From an uncultured delta proteobacterium (GTDB lineage Bacteria > Desulfobacterota > Binatia > Binatales > Binataceae), in NCBI GenBank assembly GCA_963756155.1, contig CAVWMQ010000001.1, positions 423,592-487,591 of the forward strand: a stretch of DNA of 64,000 nt. The letters are read 5' to 3'. The notes beneath the pieces were generated by a model. The model was given only the letters and a program-made list of their open reading frames with translations, was not told the origin of the DNA and did no database searches. Each line of letters opens with the position of its first letter. The stretch's first letter is position 1. A program made the position numbers and the translations under genes. Shown in pieces: positions 26,305 through 36,927 of the stretch.

Positions 26305-27966
26305 ATGGCCGAACCAGCTGAAAAACCCAAAATGGTGCCCACGCTGGGACTGACGGGTGTCACCGTCAACGCGATGGCGCTGATCGCGCCTGGAGCCTTT
26401 CTGTGGATCACATTCGTCGTTCAAGCGGGCTACGCTTATCCGTCCGGGATAACCATGTGGGCCGGTATTTTTGCCGCTCTCATGCTCGCGTACGCCACCG
26501 CTATCTCGTACTCGGAACTCGCTAAGCTCTATCCAGGAGCAGGCAGTTCCTATTTCTTTGCGGAACAGGCATTTCTCAGCAAGACGCACGCTTTCAAGTT
26601 TGCCCGCATCGCCAAATTCACGATGGGATGGGCGTCGCACCTGTATTACTGGGTCTACCCCGGCGCCATGGTTGCCACGATCGGGATCATGATCGGATAC
26701 ATCGTCGGCAACTTTTTTCCTAACAGCATGAACGCCGGAACGCCGGGCCCCGTGTTCATGGCGCTGGTCGCAGTCATCTCTTCTTTCGCAGTTGCATACA
26801 TCGCGTTTCGTGGTGTGAACGGCTCGACGATGGTCAACATCGTCATCAATGCGATCCAAATCACCGCGCTGCTGTTCTTCTCCGCACTAGCGATCGCGTA
26901 CCGGGTCGGTCATCCGGAAGGGTCGCACGGCCTGGCCCTCGATGGCACCACCAAGGTCTTGCACTACGCGTTGAGTGGCGACACGCCGGCACATCCAAGT
27001 GCGTTTTCGGTCATTGCACCGCACAACTTCAGCTATGTCATGCTGCAAGCCACGATCGCGATTTTCTTGCTGGTCGGCTTCGAGTCGATCACCTCGCTCG
27101 GCGAGGAAGCGAAGGACCCCAAGCGCGATATCCCGCGCGGGGTGCTGCTCTCGCTGACGATCCAGGGTCTGTTCTGCTACATGATCGAATACTTCGCCGC
27201 CAACTATTTCATGTCGAGCGCCTACAGCCTGGCCGACGCAAAAGGCTCAGCGGCGCCGATCGGCGACATGATGACGATCATCGGTAACACCCTGCTCGGC
27301 GGGCATGGCCAGGCGTTCATGATGATCGAGGCGCTGACCGTGTTCCTGGCCCTGATAGGCACCACCCTTAGCTGTATCAACACGGGTGCGCGCGTCACCT
27401 ACGCGATGGGACGCGACGAGGAAGTACCAGAGCATTTCGGCATGCTGCATGGCGAAAACCTGACGCCTCATCGTACGATCTGGACGCTTGCGGTTATTTC
27501 CGCGGTGCTGGGCGCGTACGCGGCGCTTTATTTCTTCGCCGGCAGTTCCGCGCCGGACGACAAGACGATCGCAACGCTGCCACATAACATATGGTACGCG
27601 GTCGGAATGAGCTCCAATGCGTCTCTTACGGCTTTGCCTAACGGACTGGCGCTGGTCACCCTGATTTCAAACTTTGGAACATTCGTGGTCTATGGGTTAA
27701 CCAATCTCTGTTGCATAGTTGCGTACCGCGAGCACCATCAATTCCACGGCCTGAAACACATGGTGATACCGGTGTTCGGCGCGGTTGCGAACTTTGCCTG
27801 CATGGCCTTCTACGTCATCGGCCCGATTGAGGGACTCGGCAGCGTAAAAGAGCCTCTGATGGCGGTCGCCATAGCCATCATCTGGGGCGTCTACGGAGCT
27901 TTCTACTTCGTCCGCAACTCGAGGAAGAAGGGCAAGGAGACGGTGTTGATTAGCAAGCCTGCCTGA
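26305..27966 (+). CDS. APC-superfamily amino-acid/amine permease
   Basis: 12-TM APC architecture. RBS GCAAGGAGGAG upstream. Intrinsic terminator downstream. Confidence 0.8.
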   Translation: MAEPAEKPKMVPTLGLTGVTVNAMALIAPGAFLWITFVVQAGYAYPSGITMWAGIFAALMLAYATAISYSELAKLYPGAGSSYFFAEQAFLSKTHAFKFARIAKFTMGWASHLYYWVYPGAMVATIGIMIGYIVGNFFPNSMNAGTPGPVFMALVAVISSFAVAYIAFRGVNGSTMVNIVINAIQITALLFFSALAIAYRVGHPEGSHGLALDGTTKVLHYALSGDTPAHPSAFSVIAPHNFSYVMLQATIAIFLLVGFESITSLGEEAKDPKRDIPRGVLLSLTIQGLFCYMIEYFAANYFMSSAYSLADAKGSAAPIGDMMTIIGNTLLGGHGQAFMMIEALTVFLALIGTTLSCINTGARVTYAMGRDEEVPEHFGMLHGENLTPHRTIWTLAVISAVLGAYAALYFFAGSSAPDDKTIATLPHNIWYAVGMSSNASLTALPNGLALVTLISNFGTFVVYGLTNLCCIVAYREHHQFHGLKHMVIPVFGAVANFACMAFYVIGPIEGLGSVKEPLMAVAIAIIWGVYGAFYFVRNSRKKGKETVLISKPA

Positions 27967-27989
27967 CGGGGCTGCTTTCTCCCGAAACC

Positions 27990-28026
27990 GGGGCGGGCCG
28001 CGGGCAACTGCGGCTCGCCCCTTTTT
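27990..28026 (+). terminator. Rho-independent terminator after the permease gene
   Basis: 12-bp stem GGGGCGGGCCGC/GCGGCTCGCCCC (one G-U pair), loop GGGCAACT, followed by TTTTT. Confidence 0.65.
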
Positions 28027-28082
28027 CACTTTCATCGCCTTCGACTGGCCGTAACTAGACAGCATCAGTAAGCTCTCCGCCG

Positions 28083-28913
28083 ATGGACTCGCCTCCCGAT
28101 CCTCCTATCGATCACCGAAGTGTATTCGATCTCGCGCTGTTGTCTGATGTCGGCACCAACCGGCCCGGCAACGAGGACTCGTGTGGGCACTTCGTCGAAA
28201 GTCCTCATTGCGTGGTCTTCGCGATCGCCGACGGCGTCGGTGGCTACGAAGGCGGTGAGATCGCCAGCAAGATCGCGGTCGACACCACGCTTGAGGTGTT
28301 CCGCGAAAGCCCCGTAGAGTGGGGCGGGGCCAAGCGCCTCTATCGCGCCATCCAGCGCGCCAACATCGAAATCCACAACAAGGCACTGACGGTTCCCGAA
28401 CTGGGCCGCATGGCGACGACGCTGACCGCAGCGGTCGTCGACAAGGGAATGGTCTCTGCGGTCCATGTCGGCGATTGCCGCCTTTACCTGGTCCGTCACG
28501 GCAAGATTTCGCAGGTGACCAAAGACCACACCATGGTTGGCGAGCGCGTTCGGATGGGCCTGATGACCCAGCAGGCTGCCAAAGAACATCCCGAGCGCTC
28601 GATGCTGCTGCGAAGCCTCGGCCATGAGCTTATCGTCTCGATGGACCGCATTTCCCTGCCGCTGATTCAGGACGACCGCCTGATACTATCCAGCGACGGG
28701 CTCTACAACGTGCTCGAGGACGGCGACCTCGAAGCTCTCAGTCGCGGACCCGCCGAGGAGGCCTGCCGCGAAATGATCCAGACCGCCAACCAACGCGGCA
28801 CCGCCGACAATCTGACGGTCGCCGTGTTCAAGATGATAGCTGCAACCGAACACCATCCCGCCTCGGGCGGCTTCCTCGGCCGGATCGCCGCGATGTTTCG
28901 CAGGGGTCGCTAA
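28083..28913 (+). CDS. PP2C-family Ser/Thr protein phosphatase (Stp/PrpC-like)
   Basis: FAIADGVGGYEGGEIAS, HVGDCRLYLVRHGKISQVTKDH, ILSSDGLYN metal-binding motifs. Confidence 0.85.
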   Translation: MDSPPDPPIDHRSVFDLALLSDVGTNRPGNEDSCGHFVESPHCVVFAIADGVGGYEGGEIASKIAVDTTLEVFRESPVEWGGAKRLYRAIQRANIEIHNKALTVPELGRMATTLTAAVVDKGMVSAVHVGDCRLYLVRHGKISQVTKDHTMVGERVRMGLMTQQAAKEHPERSMLLRSLGHELIVSMDRISLPLIQDDRLILSSDGLYNVLEDGDLEALSRGPAEEACREMIQTANQRGTADNLTVAVFKMIAATEHHPASGGFLGRIAAMFRRGR

Positions 28914-28993
28914 CGGAAACTCCATTGCTTGGCCGCGGCGGCGGGTGTTAACGTCCGCGCCAGACTGAATTTCCCCTCCGGACGGCACGATTC

Positions 28994-30013
28994 ATGCGCG
29001 AGGTCAGCGTTGGCGAAAAGCTCGATCAGTACCAGCTGACCGATCTCATTGCCCGCAGCGGAATGGCCTCGATCTTCAAAGCCACCGACCTCATCAGCGG
29101 CGACACCGTCGCCATCAAAGTTCCCTACATGCAGTTCGAGAGCGACGTCGTCTTCTACGGCCGCTTCCAGCGCGAGGAAGAGGTGGGCCGACGCCTCAAC
29201 CATCCCAACATCGTCAAAGTGCTCACCCCCAGGCGCAAAAGCCGCATGTACATCGCGATGGAGTACGTCGACGGCCTCTCGCTGCGCGCGATCATGCGCG
29301 ACCAGCGCCCGATGCCGGTCGACAAGGCACTCGGCTTCGCGCGCCAGATCTGTGAGGCGCTCATCTATATGCATGGCGAAGGCGTGGTGCATCGCGACCT
29401 CAAGCCCGAGAACATGCTGATCACCAATGACGGGGTGCTGAAGATCATGGATTTCGGCATCGCGCTCGACGAATCGGCTCGCCGACTCACCTGGTCGGGC
29501 CTCTCCTCGACCATCGGCACGCCCGACTACATGGCGCCCGAGCAGGTCAGCGGCCGGCGCGGCGACGCGCGCACCGACATCTATTCGCTCGGCACCATCC
29601 TGTACGAGATGCTTACCGGCGAGCTGCCCTATCAGGGCTCCAACGTTTACAACGTGATGAAGGCCAAGACTGCCGAGGATCCCCAGCCGCCCAGCCGCTA
29701 CGTTCCCGATCTCGATCCCCACCTCGAGGACATCATCCTGCATGCGATCGCGCGCAATCCGCGCGACCGCTACGCCACCGCGGCCGAGATGCTCGAGGAT
29801 TTACGCGACCCCTCGCGCGTGCAGCCCGGCAATCGCGCTTCGGCGCTGCATCCGCCGAGCATCCGCTTCAGAAAGATCAAGCGCGGAGTCAGCATCGCGG
29901 TGTTTCTGGTCTCACTGGCGGTCATCTTCGTGTTGATGATTTGGCTCGCCAACAAATACCCGGCTGCCCCGAACCAGAAGGCGCATCCATCCTTCCGCGG
30001 AGAGGTGAGATGA
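28994..30013 (+). CDS. Hanks-type Ser/Thr protein kinase with a C-terminal membrane anchor
   Basis: AIKVP (VAIK), HRDLKPENMLI, DFGIA, GTPDYMAPEQ motifs. C-terminal TM segment GVSIAVFLVSLAVIFVLMIWL. Stop overlaps the amt start (ATGA). Confidence 0.9.
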   Translation: MREVSVGEKLDQYQLTDLIARSGMASIFKATDLISGDTVAIKVPYMQFESDVVFYGRFQREEEVGRRLNHPNIVKVLTPRRKSRMYIAMEYVDGLSLRAIMRDQRPMPVDKALGFARQICEALIYMHGEGVVHRDLKPENMLITNDGVLKIMDFGIALDESARRLTWSGLSSTIGTPDYMAPEQVSGRRGDARTDIYSLGTILYEMLTGELPYQGSNVYNVMKAKTAEDPQPPSRYVPDLDPHLEDIILHAIARNPRDRYATAAEMLEDLRDPSRVQPGNRASALHPPSIRFRKIKRGVSIAVFLVSLAVIFVLMIWLANKYPAAPNQKAHPSFRGEVR

Positions 30014-31455
30014 CGAAGGCATTCGCAAAATCTCCCCTTCGACTCGGCGCTGTCGCCGCCATCGCCGCCGCCGTGATGCTCGCCGCCGGGGTCGCGCACG
30101 CCCAGGCGGGCGTTGCACAGGTCCCCTTCGATCAGTGGCTCAACCTCGCCTGGGTGCTGATCGCCGGTTTCCTCGTGATGTTCATGCAGGTCGGGTTCGC
30201 GATGCTCGAGACCGGCTTCACCCGCTCCAAAAACGCCGTCAACACGATGGCGATGAATCTCATCATTTATCCGATTGGTGTGATCGGATTCTGGCTCACC
30301 GGCTATGCGTTCATGATGGGCGGGGTGCATGCGTGGCCGTCGCTCGGCACCGCGGCGATCTCGCATCATGAGATCGCGATTACGCTCGGCGGTCATAAGT
30401 TCGGAATTCTCGGCTTCAGCAAATTCGCCCTGCTGAGCGTCAGCCACGATCCGGGCAGCCTCGGGATGTTCCTGTTCACCCTAGTGTTCATGGACACCGC
30501 GGCGACCATTCCCACCGGCGCGATGGCCGAGCGCTGGAAATTCTCCGCGTTTTTCATCTACGGACTGTTCATGTCGATGTTTCTCTACCCGCTCTACGGC
30601 AACTGGGTGTGGGGCGGCGGATGGCTCTCGCAACTCGGCGCCAACCTGGGACTCGGGCACGGCCACGTCGACTTCGCCGGTTCCTCGGTGGTTCACATGA
30701 CCGGCGGCGTCACCGCGCTGGCCGGCTCGTTGGTGCTCGGACCGCGGATCGGCAAGTTCCGCCGCGACGGAATGATCGGCCTGCTGCCCGGTCACAATCT
30801 GCCGATGGCGATGGTGGGGACGCTCATCCTCGCCTTCGGATGGTTCGGCTTCAACGCCGGCTCGACCCTGGCGGCCTCCGATTCGCGCATCGGGCTCATC
30901 GCGGCGAACACCATGCTCGCCTCCGCCGCCGGTGCGCTCGCGGCCCTGCTTTATCTGTGGGAGCGTTTCAAAAAACCCGACGTCGCAATGGCCTGCAACG
31001 GATTGCTGGGCGGCCTGGTCGCGATCACCGCGCCGTGCGCATTCGTTTCCCCGGTGACCGCGGTCCTGATCGGCCTCATCGCCGGCCTGATCGTGGTCGG
31101 CGCCGTGATCACGCTCGAGCGGCGCTTTCGCGTCGACGATCCCGTCGGCGCGATCGCGGTGCACGGCGCGTGCGGAGCGTGGGGCGCGCTCGCGGTGGGA
31201 ATTTTCGCCGATGGAAGCTACGGCGACGGATGGAACCAGGTCGGCGGCCCCGTGCGCGGCCTGCTCTACGGCGACCCCGGCCAGTTCTTCGCGCAGTTGA
31301 TCGGCATCACCGTCAACCTGCTCGTCGTGTTCAGCCTCGCGATGCTGTTCTTCGTGATCGTCGAGCGCTTGATCGGAAACCGCGTCCCCGCCGAAGTCGA
31401 ATGGACCGGCCTCGACGCGCTCGAGATGGGCAGCGACGCGTACCCCAACGTGTGA
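30010..31455 (+). CDS. amt: Ammonium transporter (Amt/MEP family)
   Basis: Signal peptide. Amt signature FAGSSVVHMTGGVTALAGSLVLGPRIGKF, twin-His region, and 11 TM helices. Translationally coupled to the kinase. Confidence 0.85.
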   Translation: MTKAFAKSPLRLGAVAAIAAAVMLAAGVAHAQAGVAQVPFDQWLNLAWVLIAGFLVMFMQVGFAMLETGFTRSKNAVNTMAMNLIIYPIGVIGFWLTGYAFMMGGVHAWPSLGTAAISHHEIAITLGGHKFGILGFSKFALLSVSHDPGSLGMFLFTLVFMDTAATIPTGAMAERWKFSAFFIYGLFMSMFLYPLYGNWVWGGGWLSQLGANLGLGHGHVDFAGSSVVHMTGGVTALAGSLVLGPRIGKFRRDGMIGLLPGHNLPMAMVGTLILAFGWFGFNAGSTLAASDSRIGLIAANTMLASAAGALAALLYLWERFKKPDVAMACNGLLGGLVAITAPCAFVSPVTAVLIGLIAGLIVVGAVITLERRFRVDDPVGAIAVHGACGAWGALAVGIFADGSYGDGWNQVGGPVRGLLYGDPGQFFAQLIGITVNLLVVFSLAMLFFVIVERLIGNRVPAEVEWTGLDALEMGSDAYPNV

Positions 31456-31693
31456 GGCCGGCGGGCGGAGCTTCAAACTTTCGCGCCAGTATGGATCATA
31501 TTGCGCGATGATTTCTCCGCATGACGCCGGGAATCGCCTGGTTCACCGACAGGTACCAGGTCTCGCTCGGCACCCAGGTCGCGCTCGACCGCACCGCGGT
31601 CAGCGTCGATCGCGAGTCGGTAATCATCCTGATCAATATCGTGCTGCCAAGGTTCTTTCCGGGTTTTCACTGGACGCCCTTCTAGAGCGCCGG

Positions 31694-32309
31694 CTAGAGT
31701 CCCGGAACCTTGGGAGTTTCCTTCCACGCAGTGCGCGCGCGGATCGCTTCCAGGTACTTGCGCGTCTTTGGGAAGTCACCGAGATTGAAACCCGCGCGGT
31801 CGATCACATTGAGCACGGGACCATAAGCGCAATCGACCAGCGTAAACTCATCGCCCAGCATCCATTTGCGGTTGGCAAGCTGGCCTTCGACGATCCTGAT
31901 CACGTCGGGTAAAGCCTTCTCGCCGCGAGCGATCGCGGCTTCGTCGGCGGGAGCGCCTGTTAGCTTCACCGCGATCCGGTTGAAGGCGAGCTCGGTCGCC
32001 GGCGGCGAGATGTGCGCGGACAGGAAGAAGAGCCAGCGCAGCGCGTCCGCACGGCCGGCCGCCGATGACGGCCACAGCTTTCCGGTCTTGTCACCGAGGT
32101 AGGCCAGGATCGCGTGCGATTCCCCACAGCGTAAGATCGCCGTCGGTGAGCACCGGTACGCGGCCAACCGGGTTGAAGGCCAGGAACTCGGGCCTACGCT
32201 GTTCGCGCTTTGTCAGATCGACCGGGACGATCTCGCAATCCAGTTTCATCTCGAGCATCGCGAAGCGGACCTTCTGCGGATTGGGTGACGGAAAATAGTA
32301 GAGTTTCAT
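31694..32309 (-). pseudogene. Glutathione S-transferase interrupted by a +1 frameshift (GGGG run near 32122-32125)
   Basis: N-terminal ORF MKLYYFPSPNPQKV…VLTDGDLTLW then goes out of frame. The C-terminal ORF resumes …ESHAILAYLGDK… (GST C-terminal domain). In-frame sequence would be ctgtgggaatcgcac; observed is ctgtggggaatcgcac. Confidence 0.65.
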
Positions 32310-32523
32310 CGCTGGTCTCCTCGACTGTTGACGTTACGGCAGATATGTAACCCAAGGGTTTCATATCTGTCAAGTCTTCGCTTCGGACGCCGCGTCTCCT
32401 TCTGCGCTCCTCGTCTCGAGTCATGCCGAGCGAGCTCCGGTAATCCGGTTGCGGGTCTTGATTGACTCCGATCGCTTCGATAGCCTTGGCGGTTTCGCGA
32501 AAGCAGCGACGGCTCGGGTGATC

Positions 32524-33516
32524 ATGCCGCAGATTCTTGTCCAAGATCTGGCGAAATCGTATCGCGTTTCCGAACGCGAACCCGGCGCGCTGGGCGCCCT
32601 CGCCGGATTGTTCCATCGCCGCTATCGCACCGTCGAAGCCCTCAAGGGAATAAGTTTTTCCCTCGAACGCGGCGAGCTGATGGGCTTCATCGGCCCGAAC
32701 GGCGCGGGCAAATCCACCACCATCAAGATTCTCTCCGGCATCCTGGAGCCGCTGTCGGGCCGCTGCGAGATCGACGGCCTGGTACCGTGGCGCGACCGGA
32801 TGCGTCATGTGGCGCGCATCGGCGTCGTCTTCGGCCAGCGCACGCAACTATGGTGGGACTTGCCGGTGGTCGACGGATTCGAGCTGCTGCGCGACATCTA
32901 CAATGTTCCCGATGCCGAATATCGGCGAACCAGGGACGCGATGGTTGCGCTGATGCGCCTGGAGCCGCTGCTCGATCAGCCGGTGCGGCAACTTTCGCTG
33001 GGACAGCGCATGCGATGCGAAATCGCGGCCGCGATGCTGCATCAACCGTCGATTCTGTTTCTGGATGAACCCACGATTGGGTTGGACGCGCCTTCGAAAC
33101 TGGCCGTACGCGACTTCGTGAAAACGCTGAATCGCGAGCAAGGCGTGACCGTCATTTTGACCACTCATGACATGCACGATATCGAGGCGTTGGCGCAGCG
33201 GGTCATCGTGATCGGCAACGGAGTCATCCTGGCCGACCGGCCGTTCGATTCCTTGCGCGCGGAGGTGCTGACCGAGCGTCGCCTGTTCGTCGATTTCGTC
33301 GGCGAGGCGCCCGCGCTCGAGATACCGGATGTCGCGATCGTCAATCGCGAGGGTAATTCGCTGGAGCTGTCGTTCGATCCGGCAGTCGTAGCGGTCGCGG
33401 AAATCATCGGCCGCATCACCGCCGAGTACGAGCTCGTCGATATACACGCGGAGCAGCCGCGGATCGAAGAGGTGATCGCCCGCTTTTACACAATGCACGG
33501 CGCGACCGAGGCGTGA
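32524..33516 (+). CDS. ABC transporter ATP-binding protein
   Basis: Walker A GPNGAGKST, ABC signature LSLGQRMR, Walker B ILFLDEPT. Has a C-terminal extension. Confidence 0.85.
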   Translation: MPQILVQDLAKSYRVSEREPGALGALAGLFHRRYRTVEALKGISFSLERGELMGFIGPNGAGKSTTIKILSGILEPLSGRCEIDGLVPWRDRMRHVARIGVVFGQRTQLWWDLPVVDGFELLRDIYNVPDAEYRRTRDAMVALMRLEPLLDQPVRQLSLGQRMRCEIAAAMLHQPSILFLDEPTIGLDAPSKLAVRDFVKTLNREQGVTVILTTHDMHDIEALAQRVIVIGNGVILADRPFDSLRAEVLTERRLFVDFVGEAPALEIPDVAIVNREGNSLELSFDPAVVAVAEIIGRITAEYELVDIHAEQPRIEEVIARFYTMHGATEA

Positions 33517-34343
33517 TGCCGTCGTTGGTGCAGCCCTACCTCGCGGTTTTCAGGATGCGCTTTTTGCTGATGCTGCAGTATCGCGTCGCCGCGGTCGCTG
33601 GCTTCGCCACTCAGGTTTGGTGGGGCTTCATCAAGGTAATGGTGTTGGTCGCTTTCTTCCACAGCAGCACCAGCCATCAGCCGCTCAACCTCGCACAGGC
33701 TATTACCTACACGTGGCTGGGTCAGGCATTCCTGGCGCTGCTTCCCTGGAACGGCGATCCGGACGTGGCCGAGATGGTGCGGACCGGCAACGTCTCCTAC
33801 GACCGTCTGCGCCCACTGGACACTTACTTCTACTGGTATGTTCGTGCGGTGGCGCTGTTGGCGGCGCGCACTCTCCCGCGCGCGATGCTCATGTTCGCAT
33901 TCGCCATCGTGGTTTTGCCGCTGCTCGGACTCGGCGCGTGGCGCCTGAGGCTTCCCCACGACATCGAGGCCGCGATCTTCTTCATCGCCGCGATGCTCGG
34001 CGTCGTACTCCTGGCGAGCGCCTTCGTCATGCTGCTCAACATCATGATTGTGCACACGGTCTCTGATCGAGGAGCGAACGCAGTGGCGCCGCCGCTGGTC
34101 AATATTTTTTCCGGCGCCATCGTGCCGCTGCCATTTTTTCCGGGCTGGGCGCAGCCGTTGCTTTTTCTTCAACCTTGCGCCGGATTGATCGATATTCCCT
34201 ATCGCATCTATTTCGGCAATTTGACCGGGATCGCCGCGGCCGCAGGGCTGCTCCAGCAAATCGTTTGGACGTCGCTGCTGATGCTGGCGGGACATCGATT
34301 GTTGAATCGCGTGATGAACCGCTTGCAAGTGCAGGGAGGCTAG
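33513..34343 (+). CDS. ABC-2 family transporter permease (uncharacterised ABC-type system)
   Basis: Six predicted TM helices. Start overlaps the ATPase stop. Confidence 0.65.
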   Translation: MMPSLVQPYLAVFRMRFLLMLQYRVAAVAGFATQVWWGFIKVMVLVAFFHSSTSHQPLNLAQAITYTWLGQAFLALLPWNGDPDVAEMVRTGNVSYDRLRPLDTYFYWYVRAVALLAARTLPRAMLMFAFAIVVLPLLGLGAWRLRLPHDIEAAIFFIAAMLGVVLLASAFVMLLNIMIVHTVSDRGANAVAPPLVNIFSGAIVPLPFFPGWAQPLLFLQPCAGLIDIPYRIYFGNLTGIAAAAGLLQQIVWTSLLMLAGHRLLNRVMNRLQVQGG

Positions 34344-34346
34344 CCG

Positions 34347-35150
34347 ATGAGCGGCCTTCGGCTCTACGGCCGCTATGTCGCGGCTTCGATGCGCGCGCAG
34401 ATGCAGTATCCGGCTGCATTCATTGTGCTCGTGCTCTCGCAGTTCGGCGCGACCTTCATCGAGTTCGTCGGCATTTGGATTTTGTTCCGACGGTTCGGTC
34501 AGCTCATCGGATGGACGTTTGGCGAAGTCGCGGTCTTCTATGCGGTCGTCAGCATTACCTTCGCCGTCGCCAACACCATATCACGAGGCTTCGATGCCTT
34601 CGGTCCGGAGTTCGTCAAAACGGGAAACTTCGACCGTCTGCTGTTGCGTCCGCGCACGACTGCGCTCCAGCTCCTTGGCTATGAATTGCGGCTGACTCGA
34701 ATCGGGCGCGGGCTGCAAGGCCTGGTCGTGCTCGCGATCGCCGCGAACCTGGTTCACGTCGATTTCGGCGGCGCGAATTTGATCCTGATGGTGGTCACAC
34801 TCGCAGGCGGAACGGCCCTGTTCGTGGGCATCCTGGTGTTGCAGGCAACCCTCGCGTTCTGGACCGTCGAGAGCCTGGAGATAGCCAATACTCTCACCTA
34901 TGGCGGCGTCGAGGCGGCTCAGTATCCACTGGATATTTATTCTCGATGGTTTCGCGACTTTCTGATTTTCGTAGTGCCTATTGGATGCGTAGTCTATTTC
35001 CCGGTCGTGCGGATGCTGGGACGCTCAGCGCGTCTGGGCGCGCCGGACTGGCTATTGGCCGCAAGCCCCATGGTCGGCTTTTTGTTTCTCGCCGTATCGC
35101 TGGGCGTCTGGCGCTTCGGCGTGCGGCACTATACTTCGACCGGCAGCTAA
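34347..35150 (+). CDS. ABC-2 family transporter permease, second subunit
   Basis: Paralogous membrane protein 3 nt downstream of the first permease. Confidence 0.65.
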   Translation: MSGLRLYGRYVAASMRAQMQYPAAFIVLVLSQFGATFIEFVGIWILFRRFGQLIGWTFGEVAVFYAVVSITFAVANTISRGFDAFGPEFVKTGNFDRLLLRPRTTALQLLGYELRLTRIGRGLQGLVVLAIAANLVHVDFGGANLILMVVTLAGGTALFVGILVLQATLAFWTVESLEIANTLTYGGVEAAQYPLDIYSRWFRDFLIFVVPIGCVVYFPVVRMLGRSARLGAPDWLLAASPMVGFLFLAVSLGVWRFGVRHYTSTGS

Positions 35151-35191
35151 ACCGCCGCGCCCGCGCGCGCAAGCTATAGGGGAGAACGCTT

Positions 35192-35962
35192 ATGGATCTC
35201 GGACTCAGCGGCAAGGTCGTGATGATTACCGGCGCGAGCCGCGGCCTCGGGCGTGCGATGGCCGCCGGCTTCGCGACCGAAGGCGCAAAGCTCAGCATCT
35301 GTGCACGCGGCGCCGAGGCGCTCGAACGCGCCGCGGCGGAGCTGAAAAATACCGGCGCCGAAGTGCTGGCGCAAACGGCGGATACCACCGACAGTGTGCA
35401 TATGGAACGATGGGTCGCAGCGACGCTCGAGCGCCTGGGCGGAATCGACGTGCTGGTGAACAACGCCGGCACCGCGCGGGTCGGAGCGCTACACGAGCTC
35501 GATGACGCGGCGTGGCGCGAGTCATTCGAGCAGAATTTCTTCTCCGCGGTGCGCCTTTCGCGGATGGCCGCCGCGCAAATGGAGAAGCGCGGCGGCGGCG
35601 CGATCGTCAATATCAGCTCGATCTACGGCCGCGAGGCCGGCGGTCCGATCACCTACAACGCGTCCAAGGCCGCGCTGATCGCGCTCACCAAGATGCTCGC
35701 GCGCGAGCTCGCACCCAAGCACATCCGCGTCAACGCGATCGCGCCCGGCTCGATCATCTATCCGGGCGGAGTGTGGCAGGAGATCTTCACGGCGAATCCG
35801 GCATTCGAGAAAGATTTCCTGAACCACGATTTTCCCTTCGGCCGTCTTGGCCGTCCTGACGAAGTCGCCAGCGCCGTGGTATTCCTCGCCTCGCCGCGCG
35901 CGAGCTGGATCGCCGGCGCATGCCTTCCGGTCGACGGCGCGCAAGGCCGCTCGAACATCTGA
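35192..35962 (+). CDS. SDR-family oxidoreductase (FabG-like)
   Basis: TGASRGLG cofactor motif, NNAG, and S…YxxxK (SSIYG…YNASKAAL). Confidence 0.85.
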   Translation: MDLGLSGKVVMITGASRGLGRAMAAGFATEGAKLSICARGAEALERAAAELKNTGAEVLAQTADTTDSVHMERWVAATLERLGGIDVLVNNAGTARVGALHELDDAAWRESFEQNFFSAVRLSRMAAAQMEKRGGGAIVNISSIYGREAGGPITYNASKAALIALTKMLARELAPKHIRVNAIAPGSIIYPGGVWQEIFTANPAFEKDFLNHDFPFGRLGRPDEVASAVVFLASPRASWIAGACLPVDGAQGRSNI

Positions 35963-36120
35963 CGTCGCGCGCGGGGGCTCGAACATCTGCTGGAGCGCGA
36001 TGCGCTCGAACATCTGATGAGAGTCGCGCGGCCGCGCACATCGCGGGTTGGCGGAATTCCCGCCGATTGCGCTAGCCTTGCGGCATCTGTTCAACCGTAT
36101 TGAGAGGAGTCGCGAAAAAC

Positions 36121-36927
36121 ATGGCTTACACCGATATTCTTTTCGACAAGCGCGACGCGATCGCGACGATTACCATCAACCGCCCGCAGGCGATGAACGC
36201 AGGCACCATCAAGACCTGGGCCGAGATCGCCGACGCGTTCCACGACGCGGAACGCGACGACGCGGTACGCGTGGTGGTGCTGACCGGAGCGGGCCGCGCG
36301 TTTTGCGCCGGCGACGACGTGAAGGAAATTTTTCTCAATCCGGAAGTGCGCGACGCGCGTCCGAACAAGCGCCAGGAAGTCGAAGATTGGCGCACACACC
36401 AACCGGTCGCGCTCGATTTCCTGTTCACCTATCCGAAACCCACTATCGCCGCCGTCAATGGCGCCGCGGTCGGGTACGGATGCGACATCGCGCTGATGTG
36501 CGACATGCGTATCTGCTCGGACCAGGCACGCTTCGGCGAAGTGTTCATCCGCCGCGGTCTGATTCCCGAAGCAGGTGGTCTGCTGGTCCTGCCGCGCCTG
36601 GTCGGCCTGGCGCGCGCCTACGAACTGATCCTGTCGGGCGACATCATCGACGCCGTCGAGGCGGAGCGCATTGGGATGGTCAACAAGGTGGTGCCGCATG
36701 CGCAGCTTGGCGAGGCGACCGCCGCGTTCGCCCGCAAGATCGCCTCGCAGGCGCCGCTCGCGCAGCGGCTGGCGAAGGAGGCGCTCCGCGTCGGACTCAA
36801 CATCAACCTACCGTACTTCTACGATTATCAGCGCCACGGCCAGCGCCTGATGCTCACGTCAAATGATCATATCGAAGGCGCGAAGTCGTTCGTCGAGAAG
36901 CGCGCGGCCAACTTCAAGGGCGAGTAA
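36121..36927 (+). CDS. Enoyl-CoA hydratase/isomerase (crotonase) family protein
   Basis: ITINRPQAMNA, VVLTGAGRAFCAGDD, AAVNGAAVGYGCDIALMCD crotonase motifs. RBS GAGAGGAG upstream of ATG 36121. Confidence 0.85.
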   Translation: MAYTDILFDKRDAIATITINRPQAMNAGTIKTWAEIADAFHDAERDDAVRVVVLTGAGRAFCAGDDVKEIFLNPEVRDARPNKRQEVEDWRTHQPVALDFLFTYPKPTIAAVNGAAVGYGCDIALMCDMRICSDQARFGEVFIRRGLIPEAGGLLVLPRLVGLARAYELILSGDIIDAVEAERIGMVNKVVPHAQLGEATAAFARKIASQAPLAQRLAKEALRVGLNINLPYFYDYQRHGQRLMLTSNDHIEGAKSFVEKRAANFKGE

